A stretch of DNA of 64,000 bases from Chloropicon primus. Its lineage: Eukaryota. The DNA is taken from the NCBI GenBank assembly GCA_023205875.1, contig CP060755.1:1550001-1614000 (forward strand), given 5' to 3'. A program made the position numbers and the translations under genes. A model generated the notes under the pieces. It was not told where the DNA came from and did not search any database. It saw only the letters and a program-made list of their open reading frames with translations. This document shows, in pieces, positions 10,246-21,205 of the stretch (position 1 is the stretch's first letter; each line of letters opens with the position of its first letter).

Positions 10246-12753
10246 TCACCTGGACTCGTGCCTCATGAACCGAGTAGCAAGGTAAAAGATCGCAAAAAAG
10301 AAAGGTATCTGCCCGGCGAGAATCGCGAGGCTGATCCACCGGTTGAACCTCCAACTCATGTCAAGATAGCTGATCACTGATTCTCCGAATATTGGAGCGC
10401 ATATGGTGTCGCAGCTGAGGATCTGAGGGACCTGAAAATCTTGTGGGAAGCACGACTGCGTTACTTGCAACGCCACGGGAAGCATGCAGGAACCAAGATC
10501 CAAGTCCACGAACTCCGTTGGCTGAGAGATGCGGTTGCATTTCGCCTCAAAGCTCCCGTTCTCCCCGAGGAGAGACAGGGCGCCACCCAGGTCCGAACTA
10601 TCGCCGCTGCTTGATGTGCCCCCACTAAGAAAACTGGAGAGCTCCAACGGAGGCAAGCAGTACCACCATTTCTGATTCTGGTATTGATTCATCATGAGGG
10701 CTGAGTACGCCCACGCGATGAAGTCTACAACACTGAACCACTGCCACCAGACCGGCAGAGAATAGAACGACTTCAAGAACCCTCCAGCCAGAGCACAGAG
10801 GGAAAGGATGGCCGGGACCAGAGCTCCAGCAACCTCCATGGTGGGGCTGACGGATGCGATCGCAAGCGCGAGCATCGAGGAGCAAAGGTTCAACGTGAAC
10901 AGTGTCAACATGAAGAAGAAGAACTGGTTGACTTCGTTCAGCAGCGGGGTCGCAAAGTAGATGGGTACGCTAAAGAGCATGACGCCAGGGACGTTTGCGA
11001 TGGCCTCGATGAGGACTTTGTGCAAGACGTACGAGGAGACCCGGTAGCACGCATCGTGCCTCTCCTTGATGAATACTGGCCTCTCCTCCATAATGGCAGG
11101 AACAAAGAAAGTCGTCATGAACGCGTTGGTTCCGACAATGATGAACAGAAGCCCGGCAAGCTCGAGCACCTGGGCCGTGGAAATCTTGTCTTGGCTCACC
11201 AAAGCCGTGCCCCAGAAGCTCGCGAGAATGAGGGAAAAGAGGAGCGGGCACATGATCCTCGTGCCCAGGAAGTGGGGATCCTTGAAGTGGGCCCTGGCCT
11301 TGAAGCTTATCAGGACCCACAGCTCCCTCAGTTGGCCGTTCGCGTACCCGTCGCCGTGATAGTTCACACGTGGCGAGTCTCTTAACGACGCCTCCAGCGA
11401 GGAACCAGAGCCGGCAGCAACCCCGTTGCTTTCTGGGTACATCTTCCTCTCCTCGCCTTCCGTCGCGGTGTCTCTGATCTCCTTGAGGTCGTTTTCAATC
11501 TTCGAGAGCTTTGCGGAGATCTCCCCCGCGTCGGGTGCCTTTCCCTTCCCTTCGCTCGAGGGCTCGTCGACCTCCGGAACGGACGGAAGGCTCTCGGGGC
11601 TGCCCATGTCACCGGTGGCTTCCGTGCCAGCAACCCTGAGGGACTTGTCCGCGCAGCGGCTTGTCATGTTGAACAGTCTGGACAGGTCCTGGCTGGAATG
11701 CCCCTTCCCCGATTTCACGGCCCCGCTGACGACGCTCAGCAAGTACTCTGCCGTGTTGTCGTAGCCCTCCTTCGGAAAGCCCAACTGATAGAAGAAGTCT
11801 TCCGCCACCTCCTTCCCGGCTCCCCAGTACGCCACCTCCCCGTTCTGCAGCAAGATGAGGTTGTCGAATAGCGTGTAGATGACCTGGCTAGGCTGGTGTA
11901 TCGTGCATATCACCGTCCTGCCATCGTTCGAAAGGCTCTTCACGACCCGCATGACCTCCAGAGAGATGTGAGAGTCCAGCCCAGAGGTCGGCTCATCCAG
12001 GAAGAGGCACTTGGGCTCCGTGAGCAGCCCCAAGGCGATGCAAACCCGCTTCCTCTCGCCGCCGCTCACCCCCCTCTTCAGAGGCTCCCCGATCCTCGAG
12101 TGCATGCACTTCTCCAGCCCGAGCTTCTGGATGGCGTACGTGCACCTCATCTTCTTCTGCTTCGACGTCACCCACTTGGGCAGCTTGAGGAAGGCGTGGA
12201 ACAGGATGTACTCGTGCACCGTGAAGTACCCGAGGAGCACGTCCTGCTGCTGGATGTACGCCGTCTCTGTCTTCAGTCTGAGGTTGGAGATCTTCTTCCC
12301 GTCGAACAGGATCTCCCCCCTGATGTCGCCGACCGTCTTCCTGCGGCTGATGACGTCCAGGAGCGTCGTCTTTCCCGCGCCCGAGGGTCCCAGCAGGGCG
12401 TACATCTCCCCGCCCTTGATCGTCCCCGCCACGTTCCTCAGCACGCTCTTCGTGAACGTCTCGCGCTTAGGGACGCAGATCCTCGACACCTTCATCCGGA
12501 AGTCCTCCACGCTCTTGGCCACCCTGGCGTTGAACCTCCCCGAGCCCTGGGCCTGCTTCTTCGGGACCTCCACCACGTACGTCACGCTCTCCAGGGTGAT
12601 GGTCATCCCCTGCCCGGGGTCGAAGTTCTTCCCGTCGACGCTCGCCCGCCCGAAGATGCGCTCGCCCTCCCCAGCAGCACCACCACGAGGAGGAGGAGAA
12701 CCTCCGGATCCGTTGACCCTGCCCCCCCCACTCTCCGCTGCGGCCACCATCAT
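10246..12753 (-). CDS. ABCG half-size transporter
   Basis: Walker A GPSGAGKTT, signature VSGGERKR, Walker B LFLDEPTSGLD, H-loop TIHQPS, then a C-terminal membrane domain. Confidence 0.95.
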   Translation of the reverse strand: MMVAAAESGGGRVNGSGGSPPPRGGAAGEGERIFGRASVDGKNFDPGQGMTITLESVTYVVEVPKKQAQGSGRFNARVAKSVEDFRMKVSRICVPKRETFTKSVLRNVAGTIKGGEMYALLGPSGAGKTTLLDVISRRKTVGDIRGEILFDGKKISNLRLKTETAYIQQQDVLLGYFTVHEYILFHAFLKLPKWVTSKQKKMRCTYAIQKLGLEKCMHSRIGEPLKRGVSGGERKRVCIALGLLTEPKCLFLDEPTSGLDSHISLEVMRVVKSLSNDGRTVICTIHQPSQVIYTLFDNLILLQNGEVAYWGAGKEVAEDFFYQLGFPKEGYDNTAEYLLSVVSGAVKSGKGHSSQDLSRLFNMTSRCADKSLRVAGTEATGDMGSPESLPSVPEVDEPSSEGKGKAPDAGEISAKLSKIENDLKEIRDTATEGEERKMYPESNGVAAGSGSSLEASLRDSPRVNYHGDGYANGQLRELWVLISFKARAHFKDPHFLGTRIMCPLLFSLILASFWGTALVSQDKISTAQVLELAGLLFIIVGTNAFMTTFFVPAIMEERPVFIKERHDACYRVSSYVLHKVLIEAIANVPGVMLFSVPIYFATPLLNEVNQFFFFMLTLFTLNLCSSMLALAIASVSPTMEVAGALVPAILSLCALAGGFLKSFYSLPVWWQWFSVVDFIAWAYSALMMNQYQNQKWWYCLPPLELSSFLSGGTSSSGDSSDLGGALSLLGENGSFEAKCNRISQPTEFVDLDLGSCMLPVALQVTQSCFPQDFQVPQILSCDTICAPIFGESVISYLDMSWRFNRWISLAILAGQIPFFFAIFYLATRFMRHESR

Positions 12754-13137
12754 GATGTGCGGCTGCGGCCGAACCTCGAGCCCAGACACTGTGACGCGAG
12801 GAGAGGCTCGTTCTCCTCGATCCAATCTCCCCGCGTTCCCCTTCAGGCGATCCCTCGTCCGAGTCGTCCGGTCCTTGTTCCCGCGCAACGACCGCCAACC
12901 GCCAACCCAAACCCAGTAAACCCTCTTCTCTTCGGTTATCTCCTCCACTCAAAAAAACGAAACGCTTCTCGTCCGCGTCTCTGTCTCCCTTCGAAATTTC
13001 CGATTGAGAAAGGAGAGGACTGACAGCCAACGGTCACTGGTGCTGGAGGTGCTGGAGGTGGACAGGACAACGACTAGGGAGACTACGACTACGGAGGGAG
13101 AGAGCGAGGGAGACGGAGAGAGAGCTTAGAGGGAAAG

Positions 13138-13741
13138 ATGGACAAGGCGGGAGGAGCCTACTTTATGGGAAGGGGGGAGCTCCTGAAGTGGTTGAACACG
13201 ACGCTCAACCTCAGACTTTCCAAGGTCGAGCAGGTAAGGGACCAGCCACGCACGCACACTTGAGAGGCGTGAACTGGGAGAGGAAAGAAGGGAGGGGGCG
13301 GAGGAGGAGACGGCGAGGCGGCGCCGCGAAAGCCTCACGAACCTTTCTTGAGACTGACGACTTGATTGCTCTTTCCTCGGAAAACAAACAAACAAAAAAC
13401 AAAGATTTGCACTGGTGCTGTTCCTTGCCAGCTTATGGACGCCCTGCACCCTGGAATGGTGCCCATGCACAAGGTGAGTCGGGTCTCCGGGCCAGACGCT
13501 ACGGCGGTCGTTCCAGCGCGGAGAGAAAACGCTGACACGTCCGCGGTGCTCTTGTCCTCTTTCTGTTCCCCCAGGTCAAATTCGACGCCAAGTCGGAGTA
13601 CGATAGCGTGTGCAACTACAAGGTCTTGCAAGACGTGTTCAACAAGCTGAAGATACAAAAGGTGAGTGTGCAATCGTTGCAGACGTGGTCGTGGGCGAGG
13701 ATCTGACCCAGCGTGGCGCGACACCATGGTTCGTTCCCTCG

Positions 13742-13780
<39 letters not shown>

Positions 13781-14750
13781 ATCTGAAGGACATCGAGGTG
13801 ACTCGGCTCATCAAAGGAAAGCCCTTGGACAACATGGAGTTCCTGCAGTGGCTCAAGATCTACCACGACCAGGTCACGAGCGGAGTGGGCATAGTGGAGT
13901 ACAACGCGGAGGAGCGCCGCGCCCTGAGCAAGGGCGGCAACGACTTCATGAGGACCGGAAGTAAGTAGTAGTCTCGCGAACGTGTCCTGCTCTCGAAAGT
14001 TTTCCTTCCCTGTGCTGACCCCCGACCCCCCGTCCCGCAGGAAAAGCCGCCACAGCAAAGACGTCGAGGAGCACCAAGGCGCCCAACAGGAGCGCCTCCG
14101 TGAGTTCCGAGCCGAGGGTGCCGTCCGCGAGAGCCGGCAGGCAGCAGTCGGCCACCGAGAGCAAGAAGCTGAAGGAGCTCGAGGAGAAGAACACGTCCCT
14201 CAAGCTCAGCAACGACTCCCTGGAGCAGGAGAGAGACTTTTACTTTGCCAAGCTCAGGGACATCGAAATTCTCTGCACGGACAAGTCCCTGGCCGCCAGC
14301 CAGGTGGCGAAAGCGGTGCAGACGATCTTGTTCGCCACGGAGGAGTACGACATATCGGGCCTCATCGAGAAGGCTGGGGAGGCCGCCGGCGAGCCGACCG
14401 CTGAGAAGGCCGCCGTCGCGGAGCCTGAGGTGCCGGCAGAGCCCGAGGTCCCGGCCGCTCAGGAAGAGGCCGCAGCCCAGGAGGTCGTCCTCCCCGCTCC
14501 CGAGGCCGAGGAGGAGCACGAGGAGCAGGAGAGCGAGGACGTTTCGCCCGGTGCCGGGGAGGTCGCGGAGGAGGCGAAGACCCCGGAGGAGCCCGAGGTC
14601 TTGGCGACCCACAAGGAGAACGTCGACCCCGCCGAGACCCTCGCCTTCAGTAAGTCCCCCCTCATGTCGATGGGCGGGGACGTGAACTTCCTCGAGGACA
14701 GCGGCATGGATCTCCTGAAAACTTCGCCCTTCGCCCTGCGCAATCAGTGA
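13138..14750 (+). CDS. EB1: Microtubule plus-end protein EB1; exons 13138-13233, 13405-13473, 13575-13661, 13789-13960, 14041-14750
   Basis: Spliced CH domain ([53 protein letters not shown]) and EBH domain ([19 protein letters not shown]). All four introns are GT-AG and preserve frame. Confidence 0.95.
13745..13779. repeat. (CT)n microsatellite at the 3' end of EB1 intron 3
   Basis: Uninterrupted CT dinucleotide run just before the acceptor. Confidence 0.9.
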
Positions 14751-15496
14751 TTGGTTAGAGAGACTGCGCGCGTGGGAAAGAGAGAAAGACTTCTTCGTTG
14801 CTGTATTGGGGACCAAAGCCACTGTAATATATTTAAGTTCAAGGTCCGACCCCGAAAAACTCCTCTGTCGTCGCGACAAAACCCCGGGCCTTCCCCTCGC
14901 TCTTCCTGGGCACCTTGGACAGGCTGAACCAATCTCACTCACTCAGTTCCTGGCGACCTGGATCGGCGATGTCACCTGGGCCCTCCAATTCGCTCTTCTG
15001 CTTCTGCTCCCGACCTTCCATGTGGACCCCCCCACGCGGTCCTGCACCTCGCACGCGCCCCCGCGGGGCCTCCCTCCCTGCACAAAGTCCCTGCACAAAG
15101 TCCCTCCTCCGCAGTCCAAGTCCTCCCTAATCTTGTTGCCACATTTTTGCAAGGGGTTTCCGATTGGAGAGCGACGTTGGAAGCTGACGGGGGCATTCGC
15201 GGGCGGGGAGTCGAGACCCGTTACTTTGTCGTAGGAGGTCTGTAACGGTCGCGGCGCTTGCGCGGGGAAGGTGAGATTTTTCAGTTTCGGGAACGTGTGG
15301 ACGAGGGAGAGGGGCGCTTGGTGCGACGACGAGGGAGAGGGCGCGCTCACTCCTCCGTGTGCGTTTTGTTTTCTTTTGGAACCGAGCGAAAACGAGAAGT
15401 TCGTTCGTTGGGGCACCGCGAACGCGAGGGCAGCCGTTTCGCGTGGTCGGTCTCTTCGAGAGGGGGGCTTCCTTCTTTTTTTCGTTGCACGCCGCC

Positions 15497-17431
15497 ATGT
15501 TCGCGCGCCCGGTCCAGAAGGACGGGGTGCTCGGGGCGGCCACGGAGTCGGTCCGGAGGGCGAGGCCCGCTGCGGGGCTGGACTTGGGCACCCTGCGCGA
15601 GAGCCTGAGGAACAGCCGCACCTGGAAGTCCTACCAGAAGGACGGGGACGAGGCGGGCTCGCTAGTGGACGCGAGGGTAGCCTCGAGCAAGGGTTTCGAC
15701 GGCTCGGTCGAGATCGGGGAGTGCCGCGAGGTCATCAAGACCCTCAGGAGGAAGGCGGCCTCGGGGGAGGGGGTCGACCAGGACCCCGCGCAGTGCCCGG
15801 AGGGGGGCAGCAAGGCCAAGGCGGAGCCGTGGAGCGTCGGGCTGAAGTTCATGTTCGAGTCCTCCCTCGACTTTGAGGCCCTGAGGAAGTCGATGCGATG
15901 CATCGCCAGCGGCAAGAAGTTCTTGCGGTCCCTGAGCCAGGACGAGCTGGGAGGCGAGGCGCCGGCCTCCGAGGCCGACATCGAAGCCGTCCACCAGGTC
16001 CTGGAAGAGGTCGACCAGGAGACCGACTCCCTCCTGAGCAAGCTGGAGGAGCTCAGGTCCCCTCTCCAGATGAGCGAGGACTGCTCCCCCCTCCAGGGGA
16101 TCGTGCTCCAGACCATCGCGGGCGAGGCCGTCGAGTGCAACACGTCGGGGAACAACGGCATCTTTCGCGCCGAGGTTGGGGGGAGCGAGGAGGTCATCCA
16201 GGTGAGGCTGGTCTTCCACCGCACGTTCAAGCGGGCCATAAGGGTCAGCGTGGACGGGATCGTCATTTCGACGCACGACCACTCCGTGCTGGAGCTCAAG
16301 GACAGGGGGCAGGAGAGCGAGTTCTGCTTGGAGATCGAGTACCCCGAGAACGACAGCACTCTCGTTTCGGACCAGTACTTGCTGCGCGTCCTCAGGCACC
16401 ACCAGGACGCGACCCCTCGGCAGAGCCAGAGGAAGAGAAGGAATCCCGTGCGGGCCAAGGGCCGGAAGGGGAGCGTTCTCCAGGAGGTTGACATGGAGAA
16501 CATCAGGAAGCTGGAGAAGCAGCTGGAGAGGCTGGAGATGCACTTGGATTCGAGGGGGGCGACCATGGGCCTCGCCGAAGCCCCGGACCAAGAGGAAGGC
16601 GCAGAGATTAGGAGAACGTTGACCCCACAGTCGCCCCTGGCCCGTCAGGACTGGTCCGGCTCGTCGGACGAGGATGATTACTCGACTCGGGAGAGCGTCG
16701 GCAATGCTCCCAGCTGCTTCACGCCACCCACGGCCGGGAAGGCGGCCCCGGCCGATCCCTCCCCGCCGTGCCCAGGATCGGCGGAGACGACAGGGACAAA
16801 CTATTCGAGCCTGGCCGAGGCGCACAAGAACATCCACAACATCAAGCAGAGTCTCCAGGCCAGAATATCGAGGAGGAGGAAGGAGGACAAGGACAGGTTG
16901 GCCATGGCCTCGGAAAGGATCCTGAGACTGGAGAACCAGTTCAAGAAGCAGACGGAGGACGTCCACAGCGAGATGAGAAACTTCAAGAAAGAATGCGAGA
17001 AGGAGGTCAGCAGAGCGAGGGAAGAGGCGGTGGAGAGGCAGCACCTCTTTGAGGAGTCCACGACGAGGAAGCTTTCCGAAATGCAGGACGAGGTTCGCGA
17101 ATTCTCAGACCGCCTCTTTGGCAGCATAAGCGAGGAGAAATCCCTGATCTACAGCAAGAGCAAGCAGCTGGAGAGCCGGCTGGACGACAAGGTGGGGCAC
17201 CTCGTTGGCCTGCTCGAGTCCATCCAGCAGTGCGCATCCGATTCATCAAGAAACGTGGAGCAGAGGCTCCGGGAAGCGGAATCCCAGCACAAGTCACTCC
17301 GCGGAGACTTTGCGCAACTGAGCAGGAAGATGGTCTCCATGGAAAGCAGGAACGACCAGTTCCGAGAGTCTGTCCTGGCCGACATCTCGGCCCTGGAGCA
17401 GCTCATGCACAGGCAGCGGTCTCACGCCTGA
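15497..17431 (+). CDS. Uncharacterised coiled-coil protein with a central beta-sandwich-like segment
   Basis: GCCGCCATG start, coding-like G/C-ending codons, long heptad-rich C-terminus. Confidence 0.8.
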   Translation: MFARPVQKDGVLGAATESVRRARPAAGLDLGTLRESLRNSRTWKSYQKDGDEAGSLVDARVASSKGFDGSVEIGECREVIKTLRRKAASGEGVDQDPAQCPEGGSKAKAEPWSVGLKFMFESSLDFEALRKSMRCIASGKKFLRSLSQDELGGEAPASEADIEAVHQVLEEVDQETDSLLSKLEELRSPLQMSEDCSPLQGIVLQTIAGEAVECNTSGNNGIFRAEVGGSEEVIQVRLVFHRTFKRAIRVSVDGIVISTHDHSVLELKDRGQESEFCLEIEYPENDSTLVSDQYLLRVLRHHQDATPRQSQRKRRNPVRAKGRKGSVLQEVDMENIRKLEKQLERLEMHLDSRGATMGLAEAPDQEEGAEIRRTLTPQSPLARQDWSGSSDEDDYSTRESVGNAPSCFTPPTAGKAAPADPSPPCPGSAETTGTNYSSLAEAHKNIHNIKQSLQARISRRRKEDKDRLAMASERILRLENQFKKQTEDVHSEMRNFKKECEKEVSRAREEAVERQHLFEESTTRKLSEMQDEVREFSDRLFGSISEEKSLIYSKSKQLESRLDDKVGHLVGLLESIQQCASDSSRNVEQRLREAESQHKSLRGDFAQLSRKMVSMESRNDQFRESVLADISALEQLMHRQRSHA

Positions 17432-17529
17432 GGACGAGTGATGCGACCAAGACACCAAACAAGTTTGCTAAGCTAAGCTTCAATTAGAGCAGATATAGTA
17501 TAAAGGTTTTGTCCACGTAAGTGCTGCAT

Positions 17530-17895
17530 TTACTTGGAAGCCTTGGCAACGCGCACGCTCTTGGCAAGAGCAGCAACCCTTCTAGTAGCGATATCGCTGA
17601 GGTCGCTCCTGTATCCAGTGACCTCCTTAGAAACTCCCTTCATGACCCTCCTGGCGTCCTTCTTGAAAACGGTCTTGGACCTTCCAGACTTCTTGACCTT
17701 GCCCTTGGTGAGCAAGATGTTTCCGCCCTCCTCCGTGAGGCCCACAGACTTCTTGTTGGCGATGCCAGAGTGCTTGTAAGAGTGCTTTCCGGCGAGGTTG
17801 CCAGCCTCAGCGCTGAAGTAGGTGTTGTTGATACCCTTGCGCATGAAGCTGTTGCCGCCCTTGATGCACTGCCAGATAAGCTCGGAAGAAGCCAT
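17530..17895 (-). CDS. RPL28: 60S ribosomal protein eL28
   Basis: MASSELIWQCIKGGNSF...FSAEAGNLAGKHSYKHSGIANKK...YRSDL...RRVAAL. Confidence 0.95.
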   Translation of the reverse strand: MASSELIWQCIKGGNSFMRKGINNTYFSAEAGNLAGKHSYKHSGIANKKSVGLTEEGGNILLTKGKVKKSGRSKTVFKKDARRVMKGVSKEVTGYRSDLSDIATRRVAALAKSVRVAKASK

Positions 17896-18575
17896 TGTGT
17901 TCTGTGTGTGTGTGTGTGTGGTGTGTTCTCCGTGGGTCTGCCAACCAAAAAAAGAAAGCGCAAAAAAAGGTAAAAACCGCGTCTCGTCAGCAACGAATCC
18001 GAGCGAGCGGAGCAAAACCCTCGGCCAAAGCGCACCGAAAGCCCAAGCGGCCGGGAACCGCGCAGGAGGGCCGCCCACCACCTCGCGAGGTGGTGGTGGG
18101 AGCAGGGGAGGGGTTCCTCGGTCGGACTCGCCCCTCCCTCGCCCCTCGACACCCTCGAGGCCCTCCGCGCGAACAGAACGCGACAGAACGGCCTCCCCCC
18201 CTTCGCACCCGTTGTCTTCCTCCCCCTCGTCCTCCCCCTCGTCCCCTCCTTCCTTACCTCTTGACTCTTTCTCGATCGCTCGATCGCTCCGGTCTCTCTC
18301 TCTCCTCTGCTCTCTCTCTCTCTCCTCCCTTTCCTTTCCTCCAGTAGCAGATGGCGGCGGCCTGAGGGAGGAGAGTAGAAAACCCATGGGGGGGAAGAAA
18401 CCGGCGTAAAAAGGTGTAAACGAGGAGTGTCCGTGCGTGTCCAACTTCTCTGGAAGAAGAGAGAGGCGGGGCGGTTGGGTTGTGCGCGCGAACCGCGGCG
18501 AGAAGAGAGAGAGAGAGGGAGAGAGAGGGAGAGGGGTGTGTAGGTTAGGGAGAAGTGAAGGAGGAGGAGAGAGGG

Positions 18576-19947
18576 ATGGGGATCGCGGATAGGATGGACA
18601 CGAGGGATGGGGGGTACCGGGGAAGGGGAGGGTATCGAGGAAGGAGGGGGCGTGGGCGAGGAGGAAACCAAAACTTCGGCTCCAGGGGTGGGTACAACAG
18701 TAGGGGGAATTACAGGGGTGGGTACAGCAACCGCGGGGGGCACTCGAAGGGTGGAGGCGGCGGGGACTGGGTGGAGGGCGTCGACAAGCTGGCGGAGCTG
18801 CACGGACACAAGCAGGTGAGTTTCGGTGGCCTCGGGAGCCGCATCAGAGTCCTCTTCTCCAAAGGAGGAAAAGATCTTTTTGAAGTCCACTTGTATGGAG
18901 TTTTTGTGCTGACGCTCGGTTTCCCTGGGAGCAGCTCGTCAGGGTAGTGACGCTGGTGACCGAGCCTTCGGGGAGGCAGGTCATCTACTCCGCCGGACAA
19001 GACAGGAACGTCAGGGTCTGGGACCTGTCCCTTCCGAAAAATCAGCAGTGCACCAACTGCGTTACGGTAAGTGAAGAGAGAGAACCGCGAGTGGAGGCTG
19101 GGCAGGCGGGAGCGCTCGAAACGCGGGAGGCCAGGGTCGAGGTCGCGCGCCCCCGCGCCTCGGAAGACCGATGCGCGAGCTCCAGTACTAACCATTCGAT
19201 TCCCCGGATGAAAAAAAAAAGATCGGAGACGACGTGGGCAGCGTTCTTGTCGCCAGTGGCTGGCTCTTCGTGGGAATTCCCGGTCGCCTCAGGTGTTGGA
19301 ACATGTCGGACAACAGCCAGTTTGACCTGAGCGGTCACCAGGGGCAAATTCACAGCATTGTGCCGTACACGGAACAAGGAATGATATTCAGCGGCGGCAT
19401 GGACTGTGCCATTTTGGCGTGGAAGTACAACCAGCAGACCACGAGGTTCGAGCAGGTGGGCGCCATGCACGGCCACAGTGGGGCGATACTGCAGCTTGAG
19501 GTGGTGGGGAACCTGCTCTTCTCGGCATCGATGGACGGGACCATCAGAGTGTGGGACTTGAACTCGGCGCAGTGCGTCCACACTTGCCAGGCTCACAACC
19601 AGGCTGTGATGGGCCTCCTGGTCTGGGAGAGCCACCTCCTGAGCTGCTCGCTCGATGGGACGATAAAGGTGTGGACTTGGAACGCTCCGAACCTTGATTT
19701 GACGTACACGCACAACTTGGACCACAGCGTGGGCGTTCTGGGGATGTGTGGCTCCTTGAACGCGAAGCAGCAGCCAGTGCTGGTGTCTGCCTGCAACGAC
19801 AATGCCATCCGATTTTTTGAGCTGCCCTCCTTCAACAAACTGGGAGCTTTGAAGCAGAGGAAGGACGTGCGCTGCGTGGACTCGGGTCCGGGGATGTTCT
19901 TCGCGGGCCACAGCGACGGGACGGTGAGGGTCTGGAAGTGGGTGTAG
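18576..19947 (+). CDS. ZFWD-like WD40 protein with an RGG-rich N-terminus; exons 18576-18815, 18935-19066, 19222-19947
   Basis: WLFVGIP, ILAWKYN, LLSCSLDGTIKVW, LTYTH, PVLVSACNDN and ELPSF match the WD part of plant ZFWD proteins. Splice sites keep frame. Confidence 0.85.
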
Positions 19948-20156
19948 CCAATCGACCGACCCCAACACCCACCCCTCTTGTGTATTTGAAATAAACGAGA
20001 TAAATGACGAAAGCGTTTTGAAAGGCGCATGTCAAAGGCCTTTATATATTGATAGAGTTATTAACGTACAGTTACAAGTTCCCACCCCCCTTCGCCCACC
20101 CAAGAAGCTCGTCCTTGTGAAGCGAAGAAGCGGGCGTTTCAGGATATATACAACAA

Positions 20157-20804
20157 CTAGTCTATGTGCGTGTGCTGGGTGTCAAACATCACCTTCAAGA
20201 GCCCCGGAGTCTTCAAGAGTCTGCGACCTCGCATGGCTGGGTAGACATCCTCCAAAAAGTAGTACAGGTGCCCCGCTATCATGCCTACCACATCCACCAC
20301 GGGGCTGCTCCCCAGGACGACCGAGAATATCGCAAGCACCCAAGGGAGGTAAGGCGCCGTGAAGTGGAAGAGCCCCAGGAAGCTCATGTTCACGTGCTGG
20401 TTCCTCCGCGCCCACACGTAGACCATCATGAACGTCAGGGACTGGCCCAGGAACTGTATCTGCGCGAAGCTCGCGCAAAGCAAGAGCAGCACGCCCCCGA
20501 AGAGAAGCATGTAGACGAAGTCCGCCGTCCTGCTTCGGAACGAGCCCTCCTCCAGCATCCTGCAGTACCGAGACAGGAAGAACATGTGAAATAAAAAGTC
20601 CAGCCCCAAGTTCCCGAAGAAGAAGAAGTTCGAGAACAACCGCCACACTTGCAACTTCTGTGTGATGAGCTTCAAGTTAAAGTACACCGTGAAAGGGGAG
20701 ATGACGTCAAGAGAACAAAGCACCGTCGTCAGGAAAGCCAAGGTGAGATACGTCCGAGTCACTATCGGCATCTCCTTGTACCACTCCTCTATCGACTGCG
20801 CCAT
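20157..20804 (-). CDS. DER2: Derlin-2-like ERAD protein
   Basis: MAQSIEEWYKEMPIVTRTY, QVWRL, RYCRMLEEGSF, VYVWARRN, FTAPYLPWV, GHLYYFLEDVYP. Confidence 0.95.
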   Translation of the reverse strand: MAQSIEEWYKEMPIVTRTYLTLAFLTTVLCSLDVISPFTVYFNLKLITQKLQVWRLFSNFFFFGNLGLDFLFHMFFLSRYCRMLEEGSFRSRTADFVYMLLFGGVLLLLCASFAQIQFLGQSLTFMMVYVWARRNQHVNMSFLGLFHFTAPYLPWVLAIFSVVLGSSPVVDVVGMIAGHLYYFLEDVYPAMRGRRLLKTPGLLKVMFDTQHTHID

Positions 20805-20962
20805 CTTCTCTCCTTCCCCACTCTCCTTCCCCACTCTCCTTTCCCACTCTCCTCCGTGATTCACGATGACGAAGCCGCTCTCGCGATCTGCCTGCAGCCA
20901 GAGCCTGAGCCTTGAGCGATCAGTAGTGTGGTTGTGTGTGTGTGTGCGCGCGCGTCTGAGCA

Positions 20963-21178
20963 ATGGCAGGGGCGAAGGGGAGCGTCGTGGTGAGTGAGTT
21001 GTCCTTCGTGGATTTCTTGCTGTACTTCCTCGTGGCGGTCGTGATCTTGTATGTGTTGCCCCAATACCTGAAGAGGAGGCTCATGATGCAACGGGAAAGG
21101 CTTCGGTTCGAGTACGACGCGAAGAGGAAAGAGCTGGAGGAGGACCAGAAGGTGCAGGCAGAGAGGAAGGAGCAATAG
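20963..21178 (+). CDS. Putative small single-pass membrane protein (71 aa)
   Basis: GCAATGG start, coding-like codons, hydrophobic segment FLLYFLVAVVILYVLP followed by a charged helix. Confidence 0.55.
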   Translation: MAGAKGSVVVSELSFVDFLLYFLVAVVILYVLPQYLKRRLMMQRERLRFEYDAKRKELEEDQKVQAERKEQ

Positions 21179-21205
21179 GGGGCACGCCGAGGGGGAGGCC
21201 GCGCC

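Noticed and set aside
14838..15021. Minus-strand frame MEGREQKQ...LSE*DWFSLSK...GVGP* with an internal TGA
   Set aside because: Short, no redox motif, no SECIS-like element downstream; probably intergenic or decayed sequence.
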